Assembly: GCA_017610175.1 (NCBI GenBank)
Contig: JAFCCO010000016.1
Coordinates: 1-29,088 of the forward strand
Reading direction: 5' to 3'
From: Candidatus Iainarchaeum sp.
GTDB taxonomy: Archaea > Iainarchaeota > Iainarchaeia > Iainarchaeales > GCA-2688035
Length of the DNA stretch: 29,088 nt
The position numbers were made by a program, and so were the translations under genes. Below, one piece after another: positions 25,790 to 29,088 of the stretch. Numbering within the stretch: position 1 is the first letter of the stretch; each line of letters starts with the position of its first letter. The notes under the pieces were generated by a model. The model was not told the origin of the DNA and ran no database searches. It was given only the letters and a program-made list of their open reading frames with translations.

Positions 25790-26429
25790 GCCAACAATCG
25801 TACCGTCGTTAATTGCGGAAACACAGGAAGAACTTGATGAAAGGATTGAAAAGGTCAGGAAAGCATCAAATTTGTTTCAGCTTGATGTAATGGACAAAAA
25901 GTTTGCGCCAAACAGCTCACTAAACTTTGATTTGAAACTTCCAAATGATTTGAAGTTTGAAGCACACCTAATGCTTGAGGAACCGGAAAAATGGATTAAA
26001 TTGAATGGAAGAAAAGTTGACACAATTCTTGCACATATTGAGCCATTAAAGGACCCGGCCAAAACAATTGAACTTATTCAGGGGCTTGGAAAAAAACCAG
26101 GGCTTGCACTAAAGGCATCAACCCCTGTTAGTGCAGTTGAAGAGTTCCTACCCCTTGTAGATGAAGTTCTTGTGATGACAGTTGAGATTGGATACTACGG
26201 AAGCAAATTCATTCCTGAAATGCTTGAAAAGGTAAGGGAGCTGCGCAGGATTGCACCCTCCATCGATATAGAGGTTGACGGCGGAATGGGTTTAGAAACA
26301 ATTAAGGGGGCGTGTGAAGCGGGAGCAAACCTGTTTATTTCAGGGGCATACCTGATGAAATCGGAGAACCCACTTGAAGCGGCTAACAAGCTGAGAAAAA
26401 TTCTTGCAGAATGCAACTGGGGTATCTAA
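25782..26429 (+). CDS. rpe: Ribulose-phosphate 3-epimerase
   Basis: IVPSL, LDVMD, EAHLM, VMTV..G..G and EVDGG. Overlaps the rpiB end. Confidence 0.93.
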   Translation: MLKPTIVPSLIAETQEELDERIEKVRKASNLFQLDVMDKKFAPNSSLNFDLKLPNDLKFEAHLMLEEPEKWIKLNGRKVDTILAHIEPLKDPAKTIELIQGLGKKPGLALKASTPVSAVEEFLPLVDEVLVMTVEIGYYGSKFIPEMLEKVRELRRIAPSIDIEVDGGMGLETIKGACEAGANLFISGAYLMKSENPLEAANKLRKILAECNWGI

Positions 26430-26442
26430 ACAAGGTAAAACA

Positions 26443-26517
26443 ATGGAAAAAAATGCAGTTCACTCGCTGAAAGCGGATGAAAACACAAGCTTTGTTCTTT
26501 CACTTGTTAAGAAATGA
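26443..26517 (+). pseudogene. Possible C-terminal remnant of a cupin gene
   Basis: MEKNAVHSLKADENTSFVLSLVKK resembles cupin motif 2 (M..N..HSL.A). Confidence 0.3.
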
Positions 26518-26531
26518 TTCAGTGAAATTAT

Positions 26532-27649
26532 TTAGCTATTCAACGGAATTACGCAGAGGTTAATTTCAACGGCCCATCGACCCATAAACCGCGGTTCAGA
26601 ACTGTCACCCTCGGTTGCAATCGCACAGGCGATGAATGCATAACCGTTTGCCTCAGAATACTCTCCCACAAAAATAACTCCCTCTTTCTGCAGGCCGGCC
26701 ATTAAAGCCGCAGTGGCTGGTGAGACAATGGTTTCAAAGTCACTGCTTGCAGTCGTTCCGTCAAATTTGGCCCTGCGAATGCATCCGCACTCGCTGTCCG
26801 CAGTCCAGTAGATAAAGCCGTTCTCCTCATCAACCCAGGGCTGGGTATTTTTCCGACCAACGTTTGGTGCGCCTGAAAGAAGAATTGGTTCAGACCATTT
26901 GCCTGCATCACTTTTCTCAGAATACCACAAGCCCATTGTGTCACCGTGCAGCTCTATTTCAAAGCACTCTGTTCCCAATGGATTCTTTCGGTTTGATTCA
27001 AAAATTAATTTTGTTCCGTTTGCATAAATTCCGGGGTTGTCCTCACGGCAGGGGGAATCGTATTCGAATTGAACAGGTTCGCTCCAAACGTCCTGTGAAA
27101 CTTTTTCAACAAAGAAAAAGCCCCACGATTCAGGGGGTGAGGGGTAAAGATTGTAGGCCATTGTGTTCCCCGAAAGGCTCATTCCAGCCTGTTCCCCGAA
27201 AGGCTCATTCCAGCCGCCTGCGAGTCCAGTCCAATGCTTTGGAAATTAACTTCCCACCCCCCCTTAACAGGCCTTGCGCGGTAAATGCTAAATTCAGAGC
27301 CTTCCTGTTCAGGCGGGAGTGTGCACTCAGGCTTGAATTCATATGCGGTCCCTGTAAGAAGCTTTGTGAAATCTAATGCGGTTACTGCATAATACAAATC
27401 CTCCCCTGTCCAGGTGACTGAGTCCTTCCAGCAATTAGGGAAGTTAATTTCGTCAGGCAGCAAATAAACTTTCTTTCCAGCCAGGTGCCCGCCGAGGGTA
27501 AGCCCTGAAACTTCCCTTTCAACAGGAATTCCGGCGGCAACAGAGCAGTCTTCCCCGTCACACAATTCAACAGGGGGTTGTTGGGAGGCATCAGTGCATC
27601 CACTTAATGCAATTGCCGCAATCAACAGGAACGCAATAAACAACTTCAT
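26532..27649 (-). pseudogene. Lipoprotein with TolB/PD40-like repeats, split by a 26-bp tandem duplication
   Basis: Signal peptide with LSGC lipobox, EDNPGI...LIFESNR and WSEP repeats. Deleting one repeat copy fuses ORFs 27179..27676 and 26532..27182 into one 363 aa frame. Confidence 0.75.
27164..27215. repeat. Perfect 26-bp tandem duplication
   Basis: TGTTCCCCGAAAGGCTCATTCCAGCC at 27164-27189 and 27190-27215. Confidence 0.97.
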
Positions 27650-27739
27650 TCTCAACACAAAAGACAAACAACACAAGCATTAAAAGATTATCATTTAAAA
27701 ACAAGAACTGCAGCCCCCTCCCTTTGGTTGCACTTAAAC

Positions 27740-28294
27740 TTACCCAGCCTCAAAAAGCACGGCCCTGCTTAAAAAAACCTTTGGCTGTTCAACCGCTTTC
27801 AACCCAATGCACTGCGCAAGCCCAAACATCTCTTTGAAATCTTCCCTTGAAACGTGGAAACTCGGCTCCACAACAAGAAGCCTTCCACCGCCCTTTAGCA
27901 GGGAACGCATTTCTTTGAGAAACGCCTTGAGGTCGGGAGTTTCGTGCGCGACATAGAATGCAAGAACAAAATCAAACTTTTCCTTCAATCCAGAGGTTTT
28001 TGCAGTAGTCCTGTGAAGAACAATTCTTTCATCCAACCCAGTGCCTTTAATTTTGCGCCGCAGCCAGTCAAGCATTGCCTGCTGCAAGTCCGCAGCAACC
28101 ACTTTTCCATTCGGACCCACAGCCTTTGCCATTTCGATTGAGAAAATGCCCGACCCGCAGCCAAAATCAAGAACACGCATTCCAGGCAAGGCATACTTCC
28201 TTGCTATGCCCTTCGGGTTTTGCAAAACCCGCCTCAACCAGTGTTCTAAAGACCCTGCCTTTTCAACAGAGCAAACCCTTTGCCCTTCAGCCAT
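27740..28294 (-). CDS. Class I SAM-dependent methyltransferase
   Basis: VLDFGCGSG, VVAADLQ, FDFV and LKGGGRLLVVEP. Start taken as ATG 28294. Confidence 0.92.
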   Translation of the reverse strand: MAEGQRVCSVEKAGSLEHWLRRVLQNPKGIARKYALPGMRVLDFGCGSGIFSIEMAKAVGPNGKVVAADLQQAMLDWLRRKIKGTGLDERIVLHRTTAKTSGLKEKFDFVLAFYVAHETPDLKAFLKEMRSLLKGGGRLLVVEPSFHVSREDFKEMFGLAQCIGLKAVEQPKVFLSRAVLFEAG

Positions 28295-28363
28295 AAAAGT
28301 AATTCCAAAGAAAACATTTTTTAAACAATTTTGACAGGGGGGCAAAAAAAGACAATTTTTTTG

Positions 28364-28705
28364 TTACAGAAATTTTTCAAGCCTGTTTGCTTTATCAACC
28401 AGGATTATTTTTGGCTTCGAAGGCACTTCGGTTACTTCAAACGCGGCAATTATCACAAGATCACCTTTTGAAAACTTTTTCGCAGCCGCGCCGTTCAGGC
28501 AAATTTCCCCAGAGCCCTTTTTCGCCTTCAAGGCATATGTTTCAATTCTTTCCCCGTTGCCAATGTTCCAAACGGCAACCTTTTCAAATTCCCCGATTCC
28601 CACAGCAGCCATTAAGCCAGAGTCAATTGAAATACTGCCCATATACCCTGAATCTGAACCAGTAACAGTTGCACGGTGAATTTTTGACTTTAAAAAAATT
28701 CTCAT
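28364..28705 (-). CDS. panD: Pyruvoyl-dependent aspartate 1-decarboxylase
   Basis: LKSKIHRATVT, Y.G|SISID cleavage site, NGERIETY, ICLNGAAA and GDLVII. Confidence 0.95.
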   Translation of the reverse strand: MRIFLKSKIHRATVTGSDSGYMGSISIDSGLMAAVGIGEFEKVAVWNIGNGERIETYALKAKKGSGEICLNGAAAKKFSKGDLVIIAAFEVTEVPSKPKIILVDKANRLEKFL

Positions 28706-29088
28706 TTAAAGAACCCCATTTTATAAAAGTGAATGGGGCAAAAAACATTTTAAAGCAACATTAACCCAATGCAATTGCATTTAAGCGGCGAACGGCCCCA
28801 AGGCAGAATAAAATAAACGTTAACACCTATATTTTCAGTAGGCAATGATGAGGTTAACACCTGCTAAGCGCAAGCGATTAAGATTCAACTCACCCCTCCA
28901 AGCCTAAAAAATAGTAATGCCACGTTTGGCAAATGTATTTTTTGCCATGCACAAAACTTGTTTTTGGCAAAATTATTTGTTTTTTTTTTTGCCTTAAATT
29001 CCTATTTTTGTTAATTCTTTAAGCCTAGTTTTTCTTCTTGCCTTAAAGCTTTGCTTTTTTAAATCCATTTAAGGCAGTTTTCCTCCGC

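Noticed and set aside
27164-27215. CRISPR repeat
   Set aside because: Two abutting copies with no spacer, and no cas genes in the window.
28819-28862. GTTAACACCT repeated twice upstream of panD
   Set aside because: Only two 10-bp copies in AT-rich intergenic DNA with no supporting context.
1-29088. Genome-wide UGA recoding (genetic code 4 or 25, or Sec)
   Set aside because: Conserved genes such as tkt, rdgB and the NusA-like gene end at TGA at expected lengths. TAG/TAA lesions and frameshifts also occur.

Overview
Archaeal window, most likely from a DPANN-type genome (inference from Alba, archaeal NusA-like KH protein, TATA-box promoters, GGAGGTG-type RBSs, a tRNA with a bulge-helix-bulge intron and no encoded CCA). 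Housekeeping and accessory genes: two, probably three, paralogous surface proteins, albA, HxlR regulator, glutaredoxin, HerA/FtsK-like ATPase, a large GT-C-like membrane protein, a putative toxin-antitoxin pair, tRNA-Val(CAC), MscS, RdgB, a Kef-type antiporter, a rubrerythrin/desulfoferrodoxin/ferritin-like oxidative stress cluster next to ogg, a tkt-rpiB-rpe operon, a methyltransferase and panD. The most unusual locus is 13922-15041 (minus strand). A free-standing two-motif LAGLIDADG endonuclease gene ends inside the acceptor stem of an intron-containing tRNA-Leu(UAG), which is followed by the orphan 3' half of a different tRNA-Leu-like gene. The 7-mer complementary to that half's acceptor strand sits just before the endonuclease start codon. 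Several accessory genes are broken by single nonsense codons, a homopolymer frameshift or a 26-bp tandem duplication. Family assignments come from motif recognition only; no searches were run.
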